DNA of 64,000 bases, taken from contig CAVPHD010000001.1 in the NCBI GenBank assembly GCA_963704165.1, positions 320,001-384,000 of the forward strand, in the 5' to 3' direction. Source of the DNA: an uncultured delta proteobacterium. GTDB lineage: Bacteria > Myxococcota_A > UBA9160 > SZUA-336. Below are positions 8,786-18,853 of this stretch, one piece after another. The notes below the pieces were generated by a model. It saw only the letters and a program-made list of their open reading frames with translations. It was not told where the DNA came from and ran no database searches. The translations under genes and the position numbers were made by a program. How positions within the stretch are numbered: position 1 is the stretch's first letter; each line of letters opens with the position of its first letter.

Positions 8786-11275
8786 GTGCGCTTGAGACGC
8801 CTCGCAAAGCTCGTCCTCGCTCTCTGCATTCTCGCCGCGCTCGGAGCTGCCGGCGGTGCGGTCGCGTTCTGGGTCCTGATCCTGAAGGATCTGCCCGAGA
8901 TCAAGAGCCTGCGCGACTACCGCCCGAATCTGATCACGCGCGTGCTCGACGTCGATGGCAACGAGGTCGCGAGCTTCGCCACCGAGCGGCGCATCATCAT
9001 CCCGATCGAGGAGGTTCCGCGGACGGTCGTCGATGCCTTCGTCGCCGCCGAGGACGGGGAGTTCTACGAACACCAGGGCCTCGACTACGCGGGCATCCTG
9101 CGCGCCGCCTTCACGAACCTGGTCGAGGGACGCAAGGCGCAGGGCGCGAGCACGATCACGCAACAGGTCGCGAAGACCTTCCTGCTCAGCTCCGAGCGCA
9201 GCTATACCCGCAAGCTCAAGGACATGGTGCTCGCGCGACGCATCGAGCAGTCGCTCTCGAAGAACGACATCCTCTATCTGTACCTGAACCAGATCTACAT
9301 GGGTTCGGGCGCGTACGGCCTCGAGGCCGCGGCGCAGACGTACTTCGGGAAGTCCGCACGCGATCTCCAGATCCACGAAGCGGCGGTGATTGCCGGACTC
9401 GTGCCGCGACCGGCCGAGTGGAATCCACACGCCAACGCCGAGATCGCTCGGCGCAAGCAGCTGCTCGTACTGAATCGCATGGTCGAGAAGAACTTCCTCG
9501 ACTCCGCGGCCGCCGAGTCCTGGGCGGCCCAGCCGCTCGTCTACGCGCGCGCGACCTGGCAGGAGCGCGAGTCCGCATCCGCGTTCTTCGTCGAGGAGGT
9601 GCGCCGGTACCTGATGAGCCGATTCGGGGGCGAGCAGGTGCTGACGGGCGGACTGACGGTGCACACGTCCCTCGACGTCGAAGATCAGATCGACGCCTGG
9701 CGCGCGGTTCGCAAAGGGCTGCGCGACCACGATCGGCGAATGGGGTATCGCGGACCGATCCGAAACGTGCCGAAGACGGATTGGCCCGCGGTCATGGACG
9801 AGATCGGCGCGACCAATGCCGCGATCGTTCCCGGCGAGGACTCGCTCCACCGCGGGCTCGTGATCTCGGTCGACGACACGGCACAGAGAATCGAGCTCGC
9901 TCTCGGACCCGAGGAGCGGACCTCGCTCGGGCTTGCCGATGTCGCGTGGGCCGGACCGGTGAACCCCGCGCGGGACGGCGTCGTCGCGCGGGTGTCTCGT
10001 GTCGGACAGGCGCTGCACGCGGGCGACCTGGTCGACCTCGAAGCCCTGAAGTCAGACGGTGAGGAAGCACGCTTCGCGCTGTATCAGCGCCCGCTCGCCG
10101 AAGGCGCACTGATCTCAGTCGATCTCGAGAAGGCGCAGCTCCGGGCGGTCGTCGGTGGCTACAGCTTCGCGCAGAGCGAGTTCAACCGCGCGCTGCAGTC
10201 GCGCCGTCAGCCCGGCTCCGCGTTCAAGCCGATCGTGTACGCCGCTGCGCTCGCGCGCGGGTACACGCCCGCGACGATCGTCCAGGACACCGCGATCGTG
10301 TACGAGGACTACTCGCGCGGGTTCTCCTGGAAGCCCGAGAACTACTCCGAGGATTTCCTCGGCCCGATCACGCTCCGCACGGCGCTCGCGAAGTCCCGGA
10401 ATGCCGCGACGATACGCATTCTCTCCGACATCGGGATCGCCCCGGTGCGCGACATGACGCGCACGCTCGGCATCGCTTCGAAGATGGAGATGAATCTCGG
10501 ACTCGCGCTCGGCAACAGCGAGGTGACGCTGGCCGAGATCGTGCGGGCGTATACCGCGTTCGCAGCCGGCGGGAAGCTGATCGACCCCGTGTTCATCCTC
10601 GAGGTTCGCGACCGCAGCGGACGCGTGATCGCGCGGGACGTTCCGCTTCTCGCGAGTCTCACGTCGACGGACGTGCCGGGTGTCGGACAGGGACTCGACG
10701 ACGTCGAGCGCGCCGAGAAGACGAGCGACGAGGTCGAGCGCGTCATGGAGAAGCTCCGGCGCGAGGCCGAGGCGAAGCAAGGCGAGGAGCTTCCCGCCGA
10801 CTACCAGCTCGATCCCGTCACCGCGTACCTGATGACGGAGATGCTTCGCGCGGTCGTGCAGGAGGGCACCGGATCGCGAGTGAAGGCGCTCGGGCGACCC
10901 GTCGCGGGAAAGACCGGCACCACGAACAATCTTCACGACGCCTGGTTCATCGGCTACTCGCCCGAGATCGCCGCGGGGGTCTGGGTCGGCTACGACACCG
11001 CGCACAGCCTCGGGACGAACGAGACGGGCGGCCGCGCATCGGCACCGATCTTCATCGACTACATGCAACACGCGCTGCGAGATCGGCCAATCCAGGACTT
11101 CGCGGTGCCCGAAGGAGTGGTCTTCGCGCGCGTCGACCGTGCGACCGGACTGCTGGCGCGGCCCGGCAACGGCAACTCCCTCTTCATGCCGTTCCGCGAG
11201 GGCACGGCACCGCTCGAATTGAGCCCCGAAGCCGACGCGCCGGGCAGCGCGCTGCGCCCGTTGCGAGTGGACTGA
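8786..11275 (+). CDS. mrcA: Penicillin-binding protein 1A (class A PBP)
   Basis: N-terminal TM; transglycosylase motifs AEDGEFYEHQG and GASTITQQVAK; transpeptidase motifs SAFK, SRN, KTGT. Confidence 0.93.
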   Translation: MRLRRLAKLVLALCILAALGAAGGAVAFWVLILKDLPEIKSLRDYRPNLITRVLDVDGNEVASFATERRIIIPIEEVPRTVVDAFVAAEDGEFYEHQGLDYAGILRAAFTNLVEGRKAQGASTITQQVAKTFLLSSERSYTRKLKDMVLARRIEQSLSKNDILYLYLNQIYMGSGAYGLEAAAQTYFGKSARDLQIHEAAVIAGLVPRPAEWNPHANAEIARRKQLLVLNRMVEKNFLDSAAAESWAAQPLVYARATWQERESASAFFVEEVRRYLMSRFGGEQVLTGGLTVHTSLDVEDQIDAWRAVRKGLRDHDRRMGYRGPIRNVPKTDWPAVMDEIGATNAAIVPGEDSLHRGLVISVDDTAQRIELALGPEERTSLGLADVAWAGPVNPARDGVVARVSRVGQALHAGDLVDLEALKSDGEEARFALYQRPLAEGALISVDLEKAQLRAVVGGYSFAQSEFNRALQSRRQPGSAFKPIVYAAALARGYTPATIVQDTAIVYEDYSRGFSWKPENYSEDFLGPITLRTALAKSRNAATIRILSDIGIAPVRDMTRTLGIASKMEMNLGLALGNSEVTLAEIVRAYTAFAAGGKLIDPVFILEVRDRSGRVIARDVPLLASLTSTDVPGVGQGLDDVERAEKTSDEVERVMEKLRREAEAKQGEELPADYQLDPVTAYLMTEMLRAVVQEGTGSRVKALGRPVAGKTGTTNNLHDAWFIGYSPEIAAGVWVGYDTAHSLGTNETGGRASAPIFIDYMQHALRDRPIQDFAVPEGVVFARVDRATGLLARPGNGNSLFMPFREGTAPLELSPEADAPGSALRPLRVD

Positions 11276-11276
11276 T

Positions 11277-12848
11277 CTGTCCGACCGGGTCCTGATCATC
11301 GGAGGCGGACACAACGGGCTGGTCTGCGCGGCCTATCTCGCACGCGCGGGAATTCCCGTCACGCTCGTCGAACGCCGCGAGCTGTTCGGAGGAGCGTGCG
11401 TCACCGAGTCGCTCTGGCCCGGGTACCGCGTCTCGCGCGCCGCCTACGTGCTCTCGCTCTTCCGGCCCGCGATCGCTCGCGAGTTGGCGCTCGAACGCCA
11501 TGGGCTTCGGCTCCTGCCCAGGTCGCCGGCGTCGGTCACTCCGCTTCCGGACGGTCGCGCGCTCGTTCTCGGCGCGGGTACGGCAAGCGACGTCGAGGAG
11601 ATCGCGCGCTTCTCGACGCGCGATGCCGCACGCTGGCCCGAATTCGAGCGCTGGCTCGAACGCGTCGCGTCGGTCGTCGAGCCGCTTCTCGACGACGCAC
11701 CCCCGTCGTTCTCCGGGCTGGGACCACGGAACCTCGTGCGCTGGGGACGACTCGGCCGCGCGGCGCTCCGACTCGGCGGTCGCATTCCCGAGGCTTTGCG
11801 ACTTCTGCTCGGACCGGCGCGCGCGATCCTCGAGGACCACTTCGAATCCGAACCGCTGCGCTCGACGCTCGCGACCGATGCGATCATCGGCGCGTTCGCA
11901 TCGCCCTCGATGCCGGGCACCGGGTACGTCCTCTTTCACCACGTGATGGGAACGCTCGGCGGCCGGCGCGGCGTGTGGGCGTACGTGCAGGGAGGAATGG
12001 GCGCGCTCTCCGACGCGCTCGCGGATTCCGCGCGTGCGGCGGGAGCCGAGCTGCGTGCGAACTCCGAGGTCGTCGCGATCCGCTGCCGCGACGGACGGGT
12101 GCGCGGCGTCGCGCTCGCGAGTGGCGAGACGATCGACGCCGATCTCGTGGTCTCGGGGATGGACCTGCCGCGCACCGCCTCCCTCGTGGACGACGCCGAT
12201 CTCGCCCGGGAGTTCCCGCGCGCAGACTCGCGAAGCCCGGTCGTGAAGCTCAACCTCGCCCTCGGCTCGCTGCCGCGCTTCCGCGTGCGCGATCGCGAGT
12301 CGCTGCCGCTCTCCGGCACGATCCACATCGGCCCGACCGATCTCGACGGCATCGAGCGCGCGTTCGGTGACGCGGCGGCGGGCCGCGTCTCGGAGCTGCC
12401 CGTGGTGGAGCTGACGCTGCCCTCCACGCTCGACCGCACGCTCGCGCCACCCGGCAAGCACGTCGCGTCGATCTTCGCGCAGTACGCGCCGGTCCTTCCG
12501 GCGAACGACCCGCGTTGGCCGGAGCTGCGCGACGCGATGCGCGACCGCGCGATCGCGGCGATCGAGACACTCGCGCCCGGCTTCGCGGCCTCGATCGAGC
12601 AGATCGAGGTCCTCGCCGCGCCCGACCTCGAAGGCGTATTCGGCCTCACCGGCGGGAACATCTTCCACGGCGCGATGACACCCGATCGCCTGCTCTTCAT
12701 GCGGCCGAGCGGGTCGCTGGCGCCGTACCACACGCCGATCGACGGTCTCTGGCTCTGCGGCTCGGCTACACACCCCGGTGGCGGCGTCATGGGCGCACCC
12801 GGGCGCAATGCCGCACGCGAGATCCTGCGGGCGCGGGGCCGCTCCTAG
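11277..12848 (+). CDS. Phytoene desaturase-family FAD-dependent oxidoreductase
   Basis: In-frame IIGGGHNGLVCAAYLA upstream of the ORF-track start; GGMGALS, GNIFHG, CGSATHPGGGVMGAPG; start codon uncertain (CTG at 11277). Confidence 0.88.
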   Translation: MSDRVLIIGGGHNGLVCAAYLARAGIPVTLVERRELFGGACVTESLWPGYRVSRAAYVLSLFRPAIARELALERHGLRLLPRSPASVTPLPDGRALVLGAGTASDVEEIARFSTRDAARWPEFERWLERVASVVEPLLDDAPPSFSGLGPRNLVRWGRLGRAALRLGGRIPEALRLLLGPARAILEDHFESEPLRSTLATDAIIGAFASPSMPGTGYVLFHHVMGTLGGRRGVWAYVQGGMGALSDALADSARAAGAELRANSEVVAIRCRDGRVRGVALASGETIDADLVVSGMDLPRTASLVDDADLAREFPRADSRSPVVKLNLALGSLPRFRVRDRESLPLSGTIHIGPTDLDGIERAFGDAAAGRVSELPVVELTLPSTLDRTLAPPGKHVASIFAQYAPVLPANDPRWPELRDAMRDRAIAAIETLAPGFAASIEQIEVLAAPDLEGVFGLTGGNIFHGAMTPDRLLFMRPSGSLAPYHTPIDGLWLCGSATHPGGGVMGAPGRNAAREILRARGRS

Positions 12849-14032
12849 CGGAGCCCCGTGCCACTCGCCGCGAAGGCGCGCGCGACCTCGGCTCGCAGCT
12901 CCGCGTCGCAGAAGAAATCGAGCGCGGTCATCGCCAGCGCCTTCGCGCCGTCGAGCACGGCGCGATCTCCGGATTCCGAACCCGAGTACTTGGTGAACTC
13001 CGCGTTGTGGATGGTCACGTGCGGCGGCGAGACGGCGATCATCGGGTGGATCGACGGCACGCGATGACTGACGTTTCCCATGTCGGTGCTGCCCTGGACG
13101 CCGGGCGGCAGCTTCTCGTACGGAAAGAACTGAAGCCCCAGAGCCTCGGCATTCGCCTGGTAGCTCCGCGCGAGCGGCCACGAGGTGTTCAGATCGAGGT
13201 AATCGACATCGCCCCAGACGAGCTCGAGCGAGGCGCCGGTCGCTTCCGCGCCCGCGCGAAAGCAACCTTCGACGCGCGGCTTGAGTTCTGCGAGCTGCGG
13301 CGCGTTCGCGGCACGAACGTAGAAGCACCCGGCCGCGCGCTCCGGAACGATGTTCGGCGCTTGCCCGCCGTCGGTGATGATCCCGTGGAGTCGCTCCGTC
13401 GGACGGATGTGCTGGCGGAGCGCGGCGATCGCCTGGTATGCGATCACGAGCGCGTCGAGCGCGTTCACGCCGCGCTCGGGCATCGCCGAGGAATGTGCGG
13501 CCACGCCGCGATAACGCACCTCGAGCTCGGCGATCGCGATGCACGGCATGGTTGCGAGATTCACACCCGAGGGGTGCACCATCAGCGCGGCATCCACGCC
13601 TTCGAATGCGCCGTTGCGCGCCATGATCTCCTTGCCACCGCCGCGCTCCTCGGCCGGCGTGCCGAGCCAGCGCACGCGTCCGGGAAGTCGCGCGCCGAGC
13701 GACGCGAGCCCGAGCGCAGCGCCGAGCGCGGTGGTCGCGATGATGTTGTGGCCGCACGCGTGACCGATCCCGGGCAACGCGTCGTATTCGGAGAGCAGAG
13801 CCACCGTCGGTGAAGCTGCGCCGATCTCGGCGCAGATCGCGGTCTCGAGCCCGAACACGCCGAGCTTCGCCTCGACGCCGGCCTTCTGCGCCACCTCGGT
13901 CAGCAGACGCGAGGCCCTGACCTCCTCGAACGCGAGCTCGGGATGCGCGTGGATCGCGCGCGAGGCGGACACGAGCTCAGGGGCGAGGGCGTCGATCGCG
14001 GCGAGGACGTCCGACTTCAGCCGCTCCAACAT
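12845..14032 (-). CDS. M20 family amidohydrolase (PM20D2/AbgB-like)
   Basis: HPELAFEE, EYDALPGIGHACGHN, GTPAEE, GSTDMGNVS. Confidence 0.92.
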   Translation of the reverse strand: MLERLKSDVLAAIDALAPELVSASRAIHAHPELAFEEVRASRLLTEVAQKAGVEAKLGVFGLETAICAEIGAASPTVALLSEYDALPGIGHACGHNIIATTALGAALGLASLGARLPGRVRWLGTPAEERGGGKEIMARNGAFEGVDAALMVHPSGVNLATMPCIAIAELEVRYRGVAAHSSAMPERGVNALDALVIAYQAIAALRQHIRPTERLHGIITDGGQAPNIVPERAAGCFYVRAANAPQLAELKPRVEGCFRAGAEATGASLELVWGDVDYLDLNTSWPLARSYQANAEALGLQFFPYEKLPPGVQGSTDMGNVSHRVPSIHPMIAVSPPHVTIHNAEFTKYSGSESGDRAVLDGAKALAMTALDFFCDAELRAEVARAFAASGTGLR

Positions 14033-14129
14033 CGGGCAAGTATACGCGCGGAGTTGCCGCGGCGAGCTCGAACGAAACGGGCGGCGCGAATCGCTGGAAT
14101 GAGAAAAAATAGCGAAAGTCGCCGGCCAG

Positions 14130-14149
14130 AAAAAACCCGCCGAGGCGGG
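14130..14149 (-). terminator. Intrinsic terminator
   Basis: Minus strand CCCGC-CTCG-GCGGG followed by TTTTTT. Confidence 0.75.
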
Positions 14150-14168
14150 GTATGTCTTTGAACGTGAA
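14130..14168 (-). ncRNA. Candidate very short sRNA or attenuated leader
   Basis: TTGACG-18-GAAAAT promoter (14202-14173) directly followed by about 18 nt and the terminator. Confidence 0.35.
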
Positions 14169-14296
14169 CGGGATTTTCTCACGGCGGCTTCGGCTTCGTC
14201 AAGCTCTTTCTTTGACTTCGCCGCGATCTCGGGAAATCGCCCCGCAACCGGGGAAAACCCGCGCTGAACTCGAGCGGAAGGGCTCCGAAGTGCCGC

Positions 14297-14911
14297 TCAG
14301 ACGGCGCCGGTCGGGGCGGACCGGGGCGCCTCGAGCCCGGTGAGATGCTCGCAGCAGTTCAAGAGCGCGATCTCGTGCGGCGGAAGGGCGCCGATCACGG
14401 TGACCGAGGTGTTCCCCCAGGCCTCCGGGACCGGAACTCCCGTCGGGCGCGAGGCCAATCGCTCGACCACCGACCGGCAGACGAGGCCGTGGCTGATCAC
14501 CGCGAGATCGCCCGAAAGGCGCTCCGCGCGCGCGCGGAGCTTCTCCCATGCGCGCGCGACCCGCGCGTGGAACTCCGGCCAGCTCTCGCCGCCGGGCGGG
14601 GCAAAGTCGGGTGCGAAGATGTCGACGCCGATCTCCGCGTACGACCGACCGCGAAGATCGCCGAAGTTCCGCTCACGGAGCTCGGGCCAGAGTTCGAGCT
14701 TCGCGTTCGTCGCGGCTCGCACCTGCTCCGCGGTTCCACTCGCGCGCGCGTAGTCGCTCGCGACGATCTCGGCGACGTCGAGCTTTGCCAGCCGTGCCGC
14801 CACGAGCGCGGCCTGCGCCAGACCACGCTCGGAAAGCGGCGCATCCGGGAGCTGAACGACGCGCGCCGCATTCGCGGGAGTTTCTCCGTGTCGGACGAGC
14901 AGAATCGCCAT
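14297..14911 (-). CDS. Histidine phosphatase (phosphoglycerate mutase family)
   Basis: LVRHGET, LRERNFG, GGESW, SHG. Confidence 0.92.
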   Translation of the reverse strand: MAILLVRHGETPANAARVVQLPDAPLSERGLAQAALVAARLAKLDVAEIVASDYARASGTAEQVRAATNAKLELWPELRERNFGDLRGRSYAEIGVDIFAPDFAPPGGESWPEFHARVARAWEKLRARAERLSGDLAVISHGLVCRSVVERLASRPTGVPVPEAWGNTSVTVIGALPPHEIALLNCCEHLTGLEAPRSAPTGAV

Positions 14912-14948
14912 CGCGGGGAACCTAGCAGAGGTGGTAGTTTCTGCGGCG

Positions 14949-15743
14949 ATGCAGGCCTACCTCGATCTTCTCCGCCACGTCCGCGATCACGGCGTGCGCA
15001 AGCCGGACCGCACCGGCACGGGCACGCGAAGCGTCTTCGGCTGGCAGTCGCGGTATGACCTGCGCCGTGGGTTCCCCGCCGTCACGACCAAGCGCCTGCA
15101 CCTGCGCTCGATCTTCCACGAGCTGCTCTGGTTCCTGCGTGGCGACACGAACGTGCGTTACCTGCACGAGAACGGAGTCTCGATCTGGGACGAGTGGGCG
15201 GACGCGGACGGCGAGCTCGGTCCGATCTACGGCGCGCAGTGGCGAGCGTGGCGGACGGCCGACGGGCGCGTGCTCGACCAGCTTTCCGCCGTCGAGGAGC
15301 AGATCCGCCGCGATCCGGATTCACGGCGCCTGATCGTATCGGCCTGGAACGTCGGCGAGCTCGAGCGAATGGCGCTTCCGCCCTGCCACCTGCTCTTCCA
15401 GTTCTACGTGGCCGAAGGCCGGCTCTCGTGCCAGCTCTACCAGCGCAGCGCCGACGTCTTCCTCGGAGTTCCCTTCAACATCGCTTCGTACGCGCTGTTG
15501 ACTCACATGATGGCGCAGGTGACGGGCCTCGAGCCCGGCGAATTCGTGCACACGCTCGGCGACGCGCACCTCTACCTGAACCATCTCGAGCAGACGGACC
15601 TGCAGCTCTCGCGCGCTCCCTACGAGCTACCGCGGCTCGAGTTGCGGCCCGACGTGAAGTCGATCGCGGACTTCAGCTACGAAGACATCCGGCTCGTCGA
15701 CTATCGCGCACATCCCGCGATCGCCGCGCCGATCGCGGTCTAG
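14949..15743 (+). CDS. thyA: Thymidylate synthase
   Basis: [34 protein letters not shown]; 264 aa. Confidence 0.97.
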   Translation: MQAYLDLLRHVRDHGVRKPDRTGTGTRSVFGWQSRYDLRRGFPAVTTKRLHLRSIFHELLWFLRGDTNVRYLHENGVSIWDEWADADGELGPIYGAQWRAWRTADGRVLDQLSAVEEQIRRDPDSRRLIVSAWNVGELERMALPPCHLLFQFYVAEGRLSCQLYQRSADVFLGVPFNIASYALLTHMMAQVTGLEPGEFVHTLGDAHLYLNHLEQTDLQLSRAPYELPRLELRPDVKSIADFSYEDIRLVDYRAHPAIAAPIAV

Positions 15744-15751
15744 CGGACCCG

Positions 15752-16255
15752 ATGATTTCGCTGATCGTCGCCGTCGCCGAGAATCGCGTGATCGGTGCGC
15801 GCGGTGCGTTGCCGTGGCGTCTCCCCGACGATCTCGCGCACTTCAAACGCACGACACTCGGCAAGCCCGTACTGATGGGCCGACGCACCTGGGAGTCGCT
15901 CGGCCGGCCCCTGCCGGGCCGAGCGAACGTCGTTCTGTCTCGCGACCCCGGCTTCAAGGCGCACGGCGTGCTCATCGCGCGCGACCTCGACGAGGCGATC
16001 GGCATGAACGCGGCCGCACCCGAGCAGTTCGTGATCGGCGGCGCCTCGCTCTATGTTGAAGCGCTGCCCCGTGCCGAGCGGATCTACCTGACACGCGTGC
16101 ACGGTCGGCCGTCGGGCGACGTGTTCTTTCCCGAGCTCGAGTCGGGCGAATGGGGTGAATCCCTGATCGCGAAGCACCCGGCCGACGCGCGGCACGAGTT
16201 CGCGTTCTCCGTGCATCTGCTCATGCGCCGGAATCGGGCTCAGAGAAGCGCGTAG
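15752..16255 (+). CDS. folA: Dihydrofolate reductase
   Basis: VIG..GALPW.LPDDLAHFK, MGRRTWES, LPGR, IGG; follows thyA. Confidence 0.95.
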   Translation: MISLIVAVAENRVIGARGALPWRLPDDLAHFKRTTLGKPVLMGRRTWESLGRPLPGRANVVLSRDPGFKAHGVLIARDLDEAIGMNAAAPEQFVIGGASLYVEALPRAERIYLTRVHGRPSGDVFFPELESGEWGESLIAKHPADARHEFAFSVHLLMRRNRAQRSA

Positions 16256-16959
16256 CTGGCGGCGGCCTCGAGCGCCTCCTGGTCGAACAAGGTGATGATC
16301 CCGCGTTCCATCCGCAGCACGCCCGCCCGGGTCCAGGCGCGCATGTGCTTGTTCACGCTCTCGCGCGTCGCACCGACGAGCTCGCCAAGCGCGTGCTGCG
16401 GGAGCCGGAGGTCGATCCGCGTGCCCTCGGGTACGGGCTTTCCGTGATCCTGAGCGAGTGAGAGCAGCTTCTTCGCGAGCCGTCCGGAAATCGAGAGCAG
16501 CATCGCGTCCTCCATCGCATCCGAGAGCGCACGCAGCCGCTGCGCGAGGGCGGTCGCGAGCTGGATGGTCACCTTCGGGTGCTCTTCGAGGAACGGCAGC
16601 AGATCCCGGCGATGCAAGGTCAGAAGCTCCACCGGTTCGACGGCGGCGATCGTGGCGGAGCGCGGTTGCGAGTCGAGCAGGGCGATCTCCCCGAAAACCT
16701 CCCCCGGCTCGAGAAACCGGAAGATGACCTCCTTCGAATCCGCACCCGAAAAGACGCGCAGCCGGCCGCGCAACACGCCGTAGAGCGTCGACCCCTCGTC
16801 GCCCTTTCGGAAGAGCACCTCGCGCGTCCGCAGCCTTCGCGTGCCGGTGATCGCGTAGAGCAGGTCGAAGTCGCGTCGGGAGAGCCCCGCGAACACGGGA
16901 ATCCGCTCGATCAGGGCACGCCCGTCGATCGCACGAGAGAGCGTCATGCGCAGAAGCAT
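16240..16959 (-). CDS. Crp/Fnr family transcriptional regulator
   Basis: cNMP domain FGEIALLDSQPRSAT; HTH GATRESVNK. Confidence 0.93.
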   Translation of the reverse strand: MLLRMTLSRAIDGRALIERIPVFAGLSRRDFDLLYAITGTRRLRTREVLFRKGDEGSTLYGVLRGRLRVFSGADSKEVIFRFLEPGEVFGEIALLDSQPRSATIAAVEPVELLTLHRRDLLPFLEEHPKVTIQLATALAQRLRALSDAMEDAMLLSISGRLAKKLLSLAQDHGKPVPEGTRIDLRLPQHALGELVGATRESVNKHMRAWTRAGVLRMERGIITLFDQEALEAAASYALL

Positions 16960-17018
16960 AGTCCAAGCTGCCGGACCGCGATCTCGCACGCTCCGTCGCC
17001 GAGAAATCCCGGGGGTAC

Positions 17019-17034
17019 AGTGAAACACTTCACA
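17019..17034. promoter_or_regulatory. CRP-like operator
   Basis: AGTGA-N6-TCACA, a 9/10 match to TGTGA-N6-TCACA, 60 bp upstream of the Crp/Fnr gene. Confidence 0.55.
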
Positions 17035-17285
17035 GCCCGCCCGACTCGTAAGAACGATGCTCTCGTCGAAGGCAGTGAACTGCGCAGTCAGGGAGGACGT
17101 GAAGTGGACATCCGATTCGGTACCGCTCGACGCCTCTCGGACCTGCCGATCCGTTCCAAGGCAAGCGCAGGCAACGAGGGCGAGCAGCCCACCCCCGCCC
17201 CGGTCGTGGCCACCGTTGGCGTAGACACGGACCCCCTCCCCGTCTACCCGCCAGCGCGTCGAGCCGCACCGTGGGCGATGGTGAG

Positions 17286-17316
17286 CGGACCTCCGCGCGG
17301 TACGCGCGGAGGTCCG
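17286..17316. repeat. Perfect 14-bp inverted repeat
   Basis: CGGACCTCCGCGCG-GTA-CGCGCGGAGGTCCG. Confidence 0.85.
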
Positions 17317-17402
17317 ATGCGGCTCGCCCTCGTGCCTGCGCACGTCTCTCCGACCGTCACGCGCTGCTGACCGACGAACGCGGTTGCGCGAGAATCGAGC
17401 CC

Positions 17403-18350
17403 ATGTCCGTACAGCTCGGCGCGCACCTCGGTCAGCAGAACCTTCCGATCGACGAGATCCGCGGGCTCTGGCGCCGCTTCGACGCTTCGGGGCTCGACTG
17501 GATCTCGATCTGGGATCACTTCTACGAAGCCCCACCGGCCGGCGGCACGCTGCCGCACTTCGAAGCGATCTCGCTGCTCGGTGCGCTGGCGGTCGAGACC
17601 ACGCGCGCGCGGATCGGTTGCCTCGTCTTCTACCCGGGCTATCGCAATCCCGCCTCGCTCGCGAAGGCCGCCACGACGCTCGACCATCTCTCCGGCGGAC
17701 GCTTCGTGCTCGGACTCGGAGGCGGCTGGCACGAGTGGGAAGCGCGCGCGTACGGCTACGAGTTCCCACCGATCGCCGCCCGGCTCTCGCAGCTCGAGGA
17801 GGCCTGCCAGATCATCCGAGGACTGCTGACGCAGCCGCGAACGTCCTTCGCCGGTAAACACTTCCGTGTCGATGACGCGTCCTGCCTGCCGGCCCCGGTT
17901 CAGCCACGCCTGCCGATCTGGATCGGTGGCATCGGTGAGAAGCGCACCTTGCAGATCGCCGCGCGCCACGCCGACGGCTGGAACGCGGCCTACACCTCAC
18001 CGGGGGAGTTCGCGCGGCTCTCGGGCGTGCTCGACGATTGGTGCACGAAGGTGGGGCGGGACCCAGCCGAGGTCACGCGTACCGTGAACCTCTCGTTCCA
18101 TCTCTCGCTCGACGAGAAGGGCGCCGCTCGTGCCGAGGCAGAGCTTCGCGCAACGTGGGGTCCGGCGGCCGATCGCATGCTCTCCGGGTCGCTGATCGGC
18201 ACGCCCGCCCGAGCCGTCGAGACGCTGGCCGCCTACGTCGACGCGGGCGCCCAGGGCATCAACATCGCACTTCGCGCGCCCTGGGATGAGGAAGCGCTCG
18301 ACGCATACCTCGACGACGTCGTCCCCGCTCTGCGTCGCCGGACGGGATGA
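17403..18350 (+). CDS. Luciferase-like monooxygenase (LLM class, probably F420-dependent)
   Basis: WDHFY, YRNPASLAKAATTLDHLSGGRFVLGLGGGW, PIWIGGIGEKRTL. Confidence 0.88.
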   Translation: MSVQLGAHLGQQNLPIDEIRGLWRRFDASGLDWISIWDHFYEAPPAGGTLPHFEAISLLGALAVETTRARIGCLVFYPGYRNPASLAKAATTLDHLSGGRFVLGLGGGWHEWEARAYGYEFPPIAARLSQLEEACQIIRGLLTQPRTSFAGKHFRVDDASCLPAPVQPRLPIWIGGIGEKRTLQIAARHADGWNAAYTSPGEFARLSGVLDDWCTKVGRDPAEVTRTVNLSFHLSLDEKGAARAEAELRATWGPAADRMLSGSLIGTPARAVETLAAYVDAGAQGINIALRAPWDEEALDAYLDDVVPALRRRTG

Positions 18351-18844
18351 CGGCGATGCGATTCCGGGTCGCGCTCTGCAACGTCGGCGCGCTGCTCCTG
18401 CTCGGAGCAGCGGAACCCGCTCGCGCGCAGGTCGCCGACGCGAAACCGCCTGCGTCGAAAATCTGCACGATTCCCGACGTTCCGCCGCTTCCGAGCCAGC
18501 CGACCGCGCGCGACGTCCAAGACCAGAGCTTGCGGCACCGCCTGCGGAGCGTGGAGTGCGAGCTCGAAGCGCGAAGACGAATCGATCCCGAGGGAATGGA
18601 GAGCTGCTACTTCGGACCGGAGTTCGTACGAATCAGCAATGAACGCTACGAGGAGATCCGGCAAGCCCACAAGGCCGATCCCGTCGAGCTCTGGCATGCG
18701 CTCCTGTCCGAGCCCGAAGATCCCAATCTGCCCGCGATCGAGATCCGCATCACCTCGAAGAGCGGACCGACCTGCAAGAGCGATCACGACCGAAAACTCG
18801 AGGACGAAATCGACGCGCTCACGAAGGAGCTGAACGTCCGCTGA
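18347..18844 (+). CDS. Hypothetical secreted protein
   Basis: Signal peptide ending ARA; four Cys in the mature part; ATGA overlap with the upstream gene. Confidence 0.6.
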   Translation: MTAMRFRVALCNVGALLLLGAAEPARAQVADAKPPASKICTIPDVPPLPSQPTARDVQDQSLRHRLRSVECELEARRRIDPEGMESCYFGPEFVRISNERYEEIRQAHKADPVELWHALLSEPEDPNLPAIEIRITSKSGPTCKSDHDRKLEDEIDALTKELNVR

Positions 18845-18853
18845 GCGGGGAGG

